Source: an uncultured bacterium (GTDB lineage: Bacteria > Hydrogenedentota > Hydrogenedentia > Hydrogenedentales > JAEUWI01). Taken from it: a DNA stretch of 15,598 nt. The DNA lies in NCBI GenBank assembly GCA_963977445.1, contig CAXBPH010000162.1, positions 1 to 15,598 of the forward strand, read 5' to 3'. This document shows, in pieces, positions 1 through 9,456 of this stretch. Every line of letters begins with the position of its first letter. Within the stretch, counting starts at the first letter, position 1. The notes below the pieces were generated by a model. It searched no databases and was not told the DNA's origin. It worked only from the letters and a program-made list of their open reading frames with translations. The position numbers and the translations under genes were made by a program.

Positions 1-1
1 A

Positions 2-1747
2 GCCGAAGAGCACCAGTCCACCAACAATCAGCAACGCACTGACCGTAGCGGCAATCTTCTTGAAACCCATGAAGGGGATATGGGTATCGGGATTGATGAG
101 ACTCAGCATCTTCACGCTGGTCAGCTTGCGGCTCTCGAAGAAGAAATCGAAGAGGGCCCGGCTCACAACCAGCGAGGTGAACACACTGGCACAAACACCG
201 ATGGCCAGGGTAATAGCGAAGCCTTCGATGGGCCCTGTACCGAACTGCAGCAACACGATGGCTGCAATAAGGGTGGTCACGTTGGCATCGAGGATGGTGA
301 TGGCCGCTTTACTGAAACCCGAGTCGATAGAGGAAAGGACCGAGTGTCCCAGCCGCATTTCTTCACGGATACGCTCGAAAATGAGCACGTTGGCGTCAAC
401 CGCCATACCGATGGTCAAGATAAGACCAGCGATACCCGGCAAGGTCAGCGTCATGTTGAAGTAGGCCATGGCGGCCAACACGAGAATGGCGTTAAGCAGC
501 AGCGCAATAAGCGCGATGCCACCGGGAACCATGTAATACACAATTACAAAAATGCCGACGAGAACAAGACCCCAGATGGCGGACTCCACGCCCTTGGCTA
601 CCGAATCGGCACCGAGGCTCGCGCTGACCACGTCGACCGAGTCAATCTCGAGATCGACGGCCATCGAACCCGAGTTCAACACGATGGCGAGGTCACGGGC
701 TTCTTCGGAAGAGAAATTACCGGTAATCTGCCCATTGAAATCAATACGCTGATTGATATTCGGGGCGGACTGAACGATGCCATCCAACACGATGGCCATG
801 GGCTTGCCCACATTCTTTTCGGTGGCTTCACCAAAAAGCGTGCCGCCTTCCGTATCAAAGGCAAAGAGTATGGCCCAGCTTGCCGGATTCTGCGGATCGG
901 GGATGGCCGATGCCGAGGTCAGTCCCTCACCCGATGCAATGGGCTTCCTGTCGAGCACATAGAGGTCGTAGCGCTGCTCCTGGTCGGGGCGGGGCGCACG
1001 ACCGAAAGCCAGCATCTTATCCTCGGGAATAACACCGGGAAGCTTCTCAAGCTTGGTGAGCATCTCGGCCACATAGGTATAGTTATCGGGCTTAACCCAG
1101 ACCATACCATCAAAACCGGGGGCTTCAAGATAGCTTGAGAACTCGTTGGGGAATTGGGCCTTGAGCTTTTTGAAAACTTCCAGGGTGCTGTCTTGTCCAG
1201 ACACGATGTGGAAATTCAGTTTTGCCGTCTTCGTCATCAATTCGATGGCGCGGTCGGTGTTCTTCTCACCGGGGAGCTGGGCCTGAATCTGGTCATTGCC
1301 CAGTTTCTGGATGATGGGCTCTTTGGCCTCAAATTCGTTGATACGATTGACCAACTGCTCGTAAACGGTGTCCTGAACGAGATCCGCGATCTCCGCGTCA
1401 CTCAGGCCGTCCTGCTCACGGTAGGCCTTGAGTTTTTCTTCGCTCAAGGTCTGCCAGTCAAAGCTGACCACCATCTGGATACCGCCCTGCAAGTCAAGAC
1501 CCAGGTTAATCACCTGCTCTTGATCGCATTCGGCCCAACGCTTCAGCGAGTGAAACATATTCTCGAAGTATCCATGGGATTCTCCGGCACGGGCCTTGTC
1601 TTCCTCGGACCATTTGGCCTGACGCGCGGTGAGCGAATCGGGAGACACTTTTTTCATAACCATCCAGCCCACCGTGGGATAGACGATCAGCAGTGCCAGA
1701 ATGATCGAGCCCCAGATGAGCAGGCTGCGATAAAGATGTTTTTTCAT
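2..1747 (-). CDS. secDF: Protein translocase subunit SecDF (SecD-SecF fusion), 3' end truncated by window edge
   Basis: Manual translation from ATG at 1747 (GGAG RBS upstream): MKKHLYRSLLIWGSIILALLIVYPTVGW...NLGLDLQGG...NRINEFEAKEPIIQKLGNDQIQAQLPG...MAIVLDGIVQSAPNI...TLTLPGIAGLILTIGMAVDANVLIFERIREE...ILDANVTTLIAA...GTGPIEGFAITLAIG. It continues without a stop into a SecF-like N-terminus (IPFMGFKKIAATVSALLIVGGLVLFG). Absent from the ORF track because it has no stop in the window. Confidence 0.95.
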   Translation of the reverse strand, partial: MKKHLYRSLLIWGSIILALLIVYPTVGWMVMKKVSPDSLTARQAKWSEEDKARAGESHGYFENMFHSLKRWAECDQEQVINLGLDLQGGIQMVVSFDWQTLSEEKLKAYREQDGLSDAEIADLVQDTVYEQLVNRINEFEAKEPIIQKLGNDQIQAQLPGEKNTDRAIELMTKTAKLNFHIVSGQDSTLEVFKKLKAQFPNEFSSYLEAPGFDGMVWVKPDNYTYVAEMLTKLEKLPGVIPEDKMLAFGRAPRPDQEQRYDLYVLDRKPIASGEGLTSASAIPDPQNPASWAILFAFDTEGGTLFGEATEKNVGKPMAIVLDGIVQSAPNINQRIDFNGQITGNFSSEEARDLAIVLNSGSMAVDLEIDSVDVVSASLGADSVAKGVESAIWGLVLVGIFVIVYYMVPGGIALIALLLNAILVLAAMAYFNMTLTLPGIAGLILTIGMAVDANVLIFERIREEMRLGHSVLSSIDSGFSKAAITILDANVTTLIAAIVLLQFGTGPIEGFAITLAIGVCASVFTSLVVSRALFDFFFESRKLTSVKMLSLINPDTHIPFMGFKKIAATVSALLIVGGLVLFG

Positions 1748-1817
1748 GGGTTAACTCCGCTGCGATTGTAAGAAAATCGGATACCAACAAAAAGAAACGC
1801 CAGACCGGTGGGGGACG

Positions 1818-2174
1818 TTAGTCTTTGCTCTCTCCGTTAGATTTGATTATTTGCGCAATGGAACTGCGCAAAAACTTGATGGTGACGTCTTTGCCCACCA
1901 ATACATCGACTTCCGTCTCTCTGAGGCCGACGACCTTGCCACAGATACCCCCGGTCGTAACTATTTTGTCCCCCTTAGAGAGGGCATTTAACATTTCCTG
2001 CCGTTCACGGTCCCGTTTTTGCTGGGGGCGAATGGTAAGGAAATACATAATGAAAATAAAGGCGATCATGAGGGGTGCCATGCTCATCAAGCCGCCCATG
2101 GGGCTTTGAGCTGCGCCGGCATCCGCTTGGCCAATCAGGAAATTCAGGGCTTCTAAACTGCTGGTAAAACTCAT
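1818..2174 (-). CDS. yajC: Preprotein translocase subunit YajC
   Basis: Single TM followed by FLTIRPQQKR...LSKGDKIVTTGGICGKV motif; canonical position between tgt and secD. Confidence 0.96.
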   Translation of the reverse strand: MSFTSSLEALNFLIGQADAGAAQSPMGGLMSMAPLMIAFIFIMYFLTIRPQQKRDRERQEMLNALSKGDKIVTTGGICGKVVGLRETEVDVLVGKDVTIKFLRSSIAQIIKSNGESKD

Positions 2175-2192
2175 AGTTATACAATCTTACTT

Positions 2193-3379
<1,187 letters not shown>

Positions 3380-3542
3380 TGGATCGGCCAAATTTCTCCA
3401 CGGCATGGCAGCGACCCTGCCAATTGGGGTAAAATAAGGGCACTCCCCGACGGCAACCGTTTCGGCACCGCCGCTCCCCGGGGAGCTTCACCTACGAAAT
3501 CTGCCATCTCTTACCCTGGGCATGCGCCCGCCGAAAGCCATT

Positions 3543-3845
3543 ATGATCGAGCTTACCAGTACCCAACGTAAATATCTTCGCAAATTGGGGCACCACATTG
3601 ACCCACTCATTATCGTTGGTAAGCAGGGCATGACCGATATGCTCGTCCGCGCCGTAAGCCAGGAACTGGAACACCACGAACTCGTTAAGATCCGGTTCAA
3701 TGACTTTAAAGACGACAAACGGGAGCTCATTCCTGAAATCGAGCGGCGCACGGGCAGTCATGTGGTTGGCACCATCGGCCATGTCGCCCTCGTTTATAAG
3801 CAACACCCGGAAGAAGAAAAGCGCAAGATCGTTTTCCCCGACTGA
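3543..3845 (+). CDS. yhbY: Ribosome assembly RNA-binding protein YhbY (CRM domain)
   Basis: MIELTSTQRKYLRKLGHHIDPLIIVGKQG...ELEHHELVKIR...VGTIGHVALVY matches the YhbY/CRS1 pattern; start placed at ATG 3543 by family N-terminus. Confidence 0.93.
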   Translation: MIELTSTQRKYLRKLGHHIDPLIIVGKQGMTDMLVRAVSQELEHHELVKIRFNDFKDDKRELIPEIERRTGSHVVGTIGHVALVYKQHPEEEKRKIVFPD

Positions 3846-3851
3846 TATTGC

Positions 3852-5018
3852 TTACTCCAGGCGGAGGATGGTTCCCGCAATATGGCGGATGCCGTTGCCT
3901 ACGTTGAAGTAGTAACAGACCAGTACCCGGCCATCGGCCATCATGGTCGCCCAGGGATAGCCCAGATCACTGCCACCGCCGTCTTCGCGCAGTATCATTT
4001 CGGTAGACTCTTTAAAATCCGTGCATTCGGCATTCAGAATACGGGCGCGGATGCCCATGGGTGCGTGGCGGTAGCCGTAGACCAACAACACCCGGCCATC
4101 GGGCAGTTGCAGCGGAAAATGGGGATGGCCCTGAAAACCTGCGTCTTCCCAGGTGAAGGATTCCCCCCCATCGGTTGAACGAGCGATCACGGTGTGGTCG
4201 TCGAAACCTGCCGTGCGAATAAAGGTAACGATGTCACCTTTGGGGGTTTCGTAGATGGAGGCCTCATTGAAGACGACCTTCGGGTCCTGGGCGATGGGCG
4301 AGCGATAATCCCACGTGAGACCGCCGTCGTCGGAGGTGATGAGGTGATTTTCGGTCCGGGATTTCCCTTCTTCAAAAAGTTGCCGGGCCACGGCCCAGAA
4401 AATGCGACCGCTTTTCCCCTGATACATACTGCCGCGGTTATACGCGGGCATGGGTGTATTGAAGGCGGTTTTCGTATCGTCTCCCGGGAGCGTGGGTGGC
4501 AGAATGATGTCCGACCAGGAATGGCCCCCGTCGGTTGAGCGAACGATGTAGCCGCCAAAGAAGACGAAGTCCCCCGCAGAAGCGACATTGCCCCAGGTCT
4601 TCCACGTTTCATCCCGCGGCAAGGCCCAGCCATAGCTGGCACACAAGATGGAGTCATCGGCAAGCTGGATCATGCAGGGATCCTGCGAGCCGCCGAAGGG
4701 GTGGGCCAGGATGAGATCGGGATCCTTCGTCCAGGTTTCGCCGTTATCCGTGGAACGCACCTGCACAAGGTAGCTATTGGGGTCCGTGTGGTTGGTTTTC
4801 TTTTCGCCAAAAACCGCGCGGTTGGGCGCGCGGCGGAAGGCCACCACCAGCTCCCCATCAGGACGGCGGACTACGGATGGAAAGGCGCTGTGAAATTGGT
4901 CGTCGGAGTAGATGATTACATCTTTTTCTTTGACGAGTGTCAACGGCTCGGCCAGGGTAGCCGTAGCTGAAAGCGTAACGATTGCCAGTAGAGACAAGGG
5001 AAGGGAAAAGAGTTTCAT
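3852..5018 (-). CDS. Secreted BNR/Asp-box beta-propeller protein (sialidase/GH33-like fold)
   Basis: Signal peptide MKLFSLPLSLLAIVTLSATATLA from ATG 5018 with a GAGG RBS; four Asp-boxes (STDNGETW, STDGGHSW, SDDGGLTW, STDGGESF); NEASI, FIRT and C-terminal DLGYP motifs. Confidence 0.85.
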   Translation of the reverse strand: MKLFSLPLSLLAIVTLSATATLAEPLTLVKEKDVIIYSDDQFHSAFPSVVRRPDGELVVAFRRAPNRAVFGEKKTNHTDPNSYLVQVRSTDNGETWTKDPDLILAHPFGGSQDPCMIQLADDSILCASYGWALPRDETWKTWGNVASAGDFVFFGGYIVRSTDGGHSWSDIILPPTLPGDDTKTAFNTPMPAYNRGSMYQGKSGRIFWAVARQLFEEGKSRTENHLITSDDGGLTWDYRSPIAQDPKVVFNEASIYETPKGDIVTFIRTAGFDDHTVIARSTDGGESFTWEDAGFQGHPHFPLQLPDGRVLLVYGYRHAPMGIRARILNAECTDFKESTEMILREDGGGSDLGYPWATMMADGRVLVCYYFNVGNGIRHIAGTILRLE

Positions 5019-5044
5019 TACAGGAATACCTCGCGTGGTTGACA

Positions 5045-5060
5045 AGTTGTTATAACCAAT
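5045..5060. promoter_or_regulatory. Putative GntR-family operator
   Basis: Imperfect palindrome ATTGGTTATAACAACT (perfect core GTTATAAC) abutting the -10 box and covering the expected transcription start. Confidence 0.5.
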
Positions 5061-5087
5061 TATACGGAGGGGGCAGGTCAAATGCAA
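5059..5087 (-). promoter_or_regulatory. Sigma70-type promoter of the BNR/sialidase-fold gene
   Basis: Minus strand TTGCAT-N17-TATAAT (perfect -10, optimal spacing), 40 nt upstream of ATG 5018. Confidence 0.75.
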
Positions 5088-5173
5088 CGAAAGCGCGGCA
5101 CTTCGATCGAGGCCATCTGAAGAGCGAAAAATCAGGGATCATCATTGCCCTCGGTAAACGCCCCGTTACCGTG

Positions 5174-8100
5174 TCAACCAGAGTCGATTTCCTGAAGGGC
5201 ATTGAGTGCGGCAAAAAGCTTTTCCGCACGAAGTGGCTTTCTGAGGACATCAACGATACCCGCTTTACCCGTCATAGCGAGGACGGATTCGTCTACCATA
5301 CCCGTTAACAAGAAGATCGGAAGCTTGGTATTTACTTCATGCAGACGCTTTGCCACGTCGAACCCCGTCGTCGTTGGCATCGTGTTGTCGAGAATCGCGA
5401 TGTCATAGGCAGCAGGATGTTCAAGAAAAACGCCTATACCCTGTTCCGCATCGGTGTACCCGTCAACCCGATAGCCTACCCGCTCCAGCAAGAGTGAAAG
5501 CAGAGATACAATAGATTCTTCGTCATCGATTACCAGAATCGTCCCACGCTTCGTTTCAACCTTCACCTTTTCCTCCGCTGGCTCCTCCGCTGGCTCCTCC
5601 GCTGGCTCCTCCGCAACGACATGAAGAAGGGGAAAGTAGATCTGAATCGTCGTGCCTTTGCCCGGGTGACTGTCTATGGTCATCCCCCCATCCAAAAGCC
5701 CAACGATGCCATGAACCGTGGCCAGCCCTAATCCGGTCCCCTTTCCCTTACTCTTGGTCGTAAAAAACGGTTCAAGAACCCGGTCGAGTACTTCCGGAGC
5801 GATACCACAGCCCGTGTCCGTAACGGTGAGGTGGACAAACTCACCGGGGTTCAACGTGCCACTTCGGGTTTTTTGCACTTGATGAATAACGCGTCTATCG
5901 AGGGTAATAGAGAGAGTACCTCCACCTTCCTCCATGGCATGAAAACTATTTGTACCTAGATTGGTTAAGACCTGATAAATCTGAGTGGCATCCGCCATCG
6001 TATGACAAGACTCGTCGGTTATCTCTGTCCGGATCTCAATAGATTTGGGTACTGCACCTACGAGGAATCGAGCGGCCTCTCCCGTAATTTCCGCCACATC
6101 TACAGGCATCAATTCCACGCTGGTCTGGCGACTGAAGGTCAGTATCTGGTCAACCAGATCAGCAGCCCGCATCGAACCCTTTTCAATCTCTTCCAGACTC
6201 CGGGACAGGATCTCCTGGTCTCCTTCAGCCAGGCCACCACGCGCTATACCGGTGAAGCCCATGATGGCCTGCAGCATATTATTGAAATCGTGGGCAATAC
6301 CGCCAGCGAGGGTTCCCAAGGACTCCATTTTCTGGGACTGTCGCAATTGATTCTCTAGCTCTTTTTCATAGGTCAGGTCGTGAACAATTCCGGTAAACAA
6401 ACGTTCCCCGTCCAATTGAATTTTGGCCACACTCAGTTTCATGGGAAAGGTATCCCCATTCTTGCGGAGGCCGACCACTTCCCGTGCTGCCCCGATTATC
6501 CTGGGAATATGGGTATCCAGATAATTCTTCAGATATCCATCGTGCTCGCTGTAGTAAGGCTCGGGCATGAGCATGCGAATGTTGTGGTCAACAAGCTCGG
6601 AGAAGGCATACCCAAACATGGACTCGGCAGCTGGGTTGGCGCTCGAAATCATTCCCTGCTCGTTGATGGTGATAATTCCATCGACGGCGTTCTCAATTAC
6701 CGCCGCCGCCCGTGCACCCAATTCAAGCTTTTCGGATTCGATACGCTTCCTTTCCGTAATGTCGCGCTCAATCGCAATAAAGTGGGACCACTCCCCGCGT
6801 TCATTTTTTGCAGGAGCAATGTGCAGGTCGACCCAGAAGCGCTCCCCGTTTTTCTTGTAGTTAATCAGTTCCACATTACTCGGCTCATAGGCCAACATGG
6901 CTTTTTTGAGGCGATCCAAGACCGAACGGTCTGTTTCCGGCCCTTGCAGAAACCGCGGTGAACGCCCGATGACTTCGTCACTCCCGTAACCGGTCATCGT
7001 GGTGAACGCTTCATTCACGAAAATAATGCGTGGACCGGGCGCATCCATAGGATGGATTTCGGTTATCATGATCGCATCCGTACTTTCGGTAATGACCGAT
7101 TCCAGCAGCTGTTGATGGCCCTCGGCCTCTTTTACCCCGGTAATATCCTGAATAATTCCGAGAAGCCGTACCACGTGGCTGCCCGCCAGTACGGGCTCGC
7201 AGATACAACGAACCCAGATTTGCTGATCTTCCGACGTTTTTGTTCTCAATTCCAGGTCGAAGGGTTCCCCCTTCGACAGGGCGGCTTCCACTGATTCACG
7301 CAACAGTGGCCGATCGTCAACGTGATAATTTCCAATGGAACCCTCCTGTGAGGGCGGTTTATAGTCTAACGGGCGGCCAAACATGGCATAGGTTTCTTCA
7401 CCCCAGTGCATCGTATCCGTGGCCACGTCATATTCCCAGCCCCCTACACGGGCGATTCGATTGGTTGTCTTAAGGCGGGCTTCGCTGAGTCGAAGCGCCA
7501 TCTCTACGCGCTTTCGGTCAGAAATATCGCGGGTTACACCCAATAATCCCTCGGGCTCACCGGCCTCATCGCGTAATACCGATACCACAATTTCGGCGGG
7601 AAAGGTTGTCCCGTCCTTCTTAAAGAGTTCCAGTTCCATTACCCGGGTATTATCAACGAGGTCGGTACTCTGGGACGCAGAATACAGCAGGGACTCTGCT
7701 GTATCCCGTACCATGGCATAGGTCTCGGGGGGGGCCGCAGCGCTGGCCCCTTTTTCCATGGCCTCTTCCGGTGTGAATCCACGCACCTGCATCACCGACG
7801 GGCTGATATAGGTGAATTCCAGCTCCAGACTCGTCGTCCAGATGATGTCACGAACGTTTTCGGCGAGGAGCCGATATTTCATCTCATTTTCTCGAACTTC
7901 TTGCTCTCCATCAACCTGATCCGTGACGTCGATGAATGCGCCATAGAGCATGAATGAATTGTCCGCCCGCACTTCTGGCATACACATCGTCCTGACCCAT
8001 CGCTGCGTCCCTTGAGCCGTTCTAAAGCGAAGGGTCAACTCAAACGCCTCCCCGAAACGGCTTGCCTTGTCGAGCGCGTCTTTCAATGTGGCCTGTGCAT

Positions 8101-9208
8101 CTGGAGAATAGGCATTGAGTGCCGCTTCAAGCGCTGGTTCGGGGCCAGGTTCGAGCCCATAAATTCGAAACACCTCATCGGTCCATCGTACCTCCCCCGA
8201 CTTCGGGTCCAACTCCCAACCACCCACATTGGCGATTTTACCCATGGCATTCAGGAGCGTTTCGCCACGCTGTAAGCGGGCCAACACGGATTCCTGTTCC
8301 TCGCGCATGGCAGCAAACATAAGGGTCACAAAAGATATGCATCCGATATATGCCCAGAGAGAAAACGCATCTCCATGTACATCGCCCTGTACAAAAGGGC
8401 CTTCACCATGAACCGCAAAGGCCAGTGCCGCCCCCGACACAATAAGTGTGGACAGAGAGGCAACGAACGGACCACATCGCATGGCTGCCCAAAAGAGGAT
8501 AGGAACGGGAAGGAAGTCCAGTGCGGGAAGGTGAACGAGCTGAAGTGGGTGGGAAAATGCAATCCAGGAACACGTAAGTAACGAGAAGAGAATGCGAAAA
8601 AGCATCGGGGCCGAACATCGGCTTCGCCACTGCGACCAACCTCCATCAACGGCCGTTAGAAAAACCGGCGCGGCAAGAAGAACGCCGACCGCATCACGCA
8701 TCCAGTACATAATCCAGCCTGTGAAGAACGCATCTGCCGGAATCTCCCCTGCCACATAGCGCGTTACTGTGCCATTGGTTGCGCTTAGAAGCATGCAACC
8801 CAAGGCGGCCACGATGGAAAAGTAGGCCACGTCGATTCGGCGACCAAGATGCCTGTCAAAGGCAGCGGTCCGCCGGAGAAGGTAGGCCGCAAGAACGGGA
8901 GCGGCACATCCACCGGCAGCGCTCCAGCTAGACAATGAAAATGAAGATCCCAGCGCCATGTCGGTGGCCAACGCACCAAGAAACACCCCCGGCCAATAGC
9001 GGAGCCCCCAAAGATACAATGCCGCAACGCTGATACCCGTAGGCATCCAAACCAGCGTTATATTACCGTCCATATGGGCAAAGTTCAGTCCAAAACGCGC
9101 GGAAATAACATAGCCCAGGAATAGGATAACCGAGCGGTAAAGATAGATTGCCCCTCTCCCCGCAACAATCGAACTCCCCCTGCTATGAGACTTAGTCGGC
9201 ATTGGCAT
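5174..9208 (-). CDS. Hybrid sensor histidine kinase: MASE1 + five PAS/PAC + HisKA + HATPase + REC (CckA-like core)
   Basis: N-terminal multi-TM MASE1-like region (VWMPTGISVAALYLWG); five PAS/PAC units ending in DVT/DIS/DIT/DIT/DLT; H-box LGTLAGGIAHDFNNML; N, G1, F and G2 boxes (QVLTNLGTNS, VTDTGCGI, EPFFTTK, GTGLGLA); receiver (LVIDDE, ILDNTMP, LLTG, RKP). Confidence 0.95.
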   Translation of the reverse strand: MPMPTKSHSRGSSIVAGRGAIYLYRSVILFLGYVISARFGLNFAHMDGNITLVWMPTGISVAALYLWGLRYWPGVFLGALATDMALGSSFSLSSWSAAGGCAAPVLAAYLLRRTAAFDRHLGRRIDVAYFSIVAALGCMLLSATNGTVTRYVAGEIPADAFFTGWIMYWMRDAVGVLLAAPVFLTAVDGGWSQWRSRCSAPMLFRILFSLLTCSWIAFSHPLQLVHLPALDFLPVPILFWAAMRCGPFVASLSTLIVSGAALAFAVHGEGPFVQGDVHGDAFSLWAYIGCISFVTLMFAAMREEQESVLARLQRGETLLNAMGKIANVGGWELDPKSGEVRWTDEVFRIYGLEPGPEPALEAALNAYSPDAQATLKDALDKASRFGEAFELTLRFRTAQGTQRWVRTMCMPEVRADNSFMLYGAFIDVTDQVDGEQEVRENEMKYRLLAENVRDIIWTTSLELEFTYISPSVMQVRGFTPEEAMEKGASAAAPPETYAMVRDTAESLLYSASQSTDLVDNTRVMELELFKKDGTTFPAEIVVSVLRDEAGEPEGLLGVTRDISDRKRVEMALRLSEARLKTTNRIARVGGWEYDVATDTMHWGEETYAMFGRPLDYKPPSQEGSIGNYHVDDRPLLRESVEAALSKGEPFDLELRTKTSEDQQIWVRCICEPVLAGSHVVRLLGIIQDITGVKEAEGHQQLLESVITESTDAIMITEIHPMDAPGPRIIFVNEAFTTMTGYGSDEVIGRSPRFLQGPETDRSVLDRLKKAMLAYEPSNVELINYKKNGERFWVDLHIAPAKNERGEWSHFIAIERDITERKRIESEKLELGARAAAVIENAVDGIITINEQGMISSANPAAESMFGYAFSELVDHNIRMLMPEPYYSEHDGYLKNYLDTHIPRIIGAAREVVGLRKNGDTFPMKLSVAKIQLDGERLFTGIVHDLTYEKELENQLRQSQKMESLGTLAGGIAHDFNNMLQAIMGFTGIARGGLAEGDQEILSRSLEEIEKGSMRAADLVDQILTFSRQTSVELMPVDVAEITGEAARFLVGAVPKSIEIRTEITDESCHTMADATQIYQVLTNLGTNSFHAMEEGGGTLSITLDRRVIHQVQKTRSGTLNPGEFVHLTVTDTGCGIAPEVLDRVLEPFFTTKSKGKGTGLGLATVHGIVGLLDGGMTIDSHPGKGTTIQIYFPLLHVVAEEPAEEPAEEPAEEKVKVETKRGTILVIDDEESIVSLLSLLLERVGYRVDGYTDAEQGIGVFLEHPAAYDIAILDNTMPTTTGFDVAKRLHEVNTKLPIFLLTGMVDESVLAMTGKAGIVDVLRKPLRAEKLFAALNALQEIDSG
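5571..5614. repeat. Perfect 12-bp tandem repeat (TCCTCCGCTGGC x3.7) encoding AEEP repeats
   Basis: Three identical units plus 8 nt with no synonymous changes; translates as AEEPAEEPAEEPAEE in the HATPase-REC linker. Confidence 0.95.
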
Positions 9209-9456
9209 CGCCCCAGGTTTCTGGTCTCAAACTGACCGGCACGTGCAAAATCGGCGTCACAACAGCACACTGACCTTACCGTTCGACTCGGATTGGTACT
9301 CCACCACGTCGATATCATCATCGTAACAGATCAGGAAAAAAACAACCATAGCTACATCAAAGTCAACAATGGATTTCGATTTCCCGTAATTGCGTACGCG
9401 GACGACCATCCTGCACAGATGTATTCTGCCACGCCCCAATGGGGTTCCCAAGTGGC

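Noticed and set aside
60..1771. Long plus-strand ORFs (80-1138, 1154-1771, 60-464)
   Set aside because: Antisense shadows of secDF with no recognisable motifs; typical of GC-rich codon usage.
5571..5614. Repeat considered as a CRISPR-like array
   Set aside because: Contiguous 12-bp units without spacers, inside a CDS; no cas genes.
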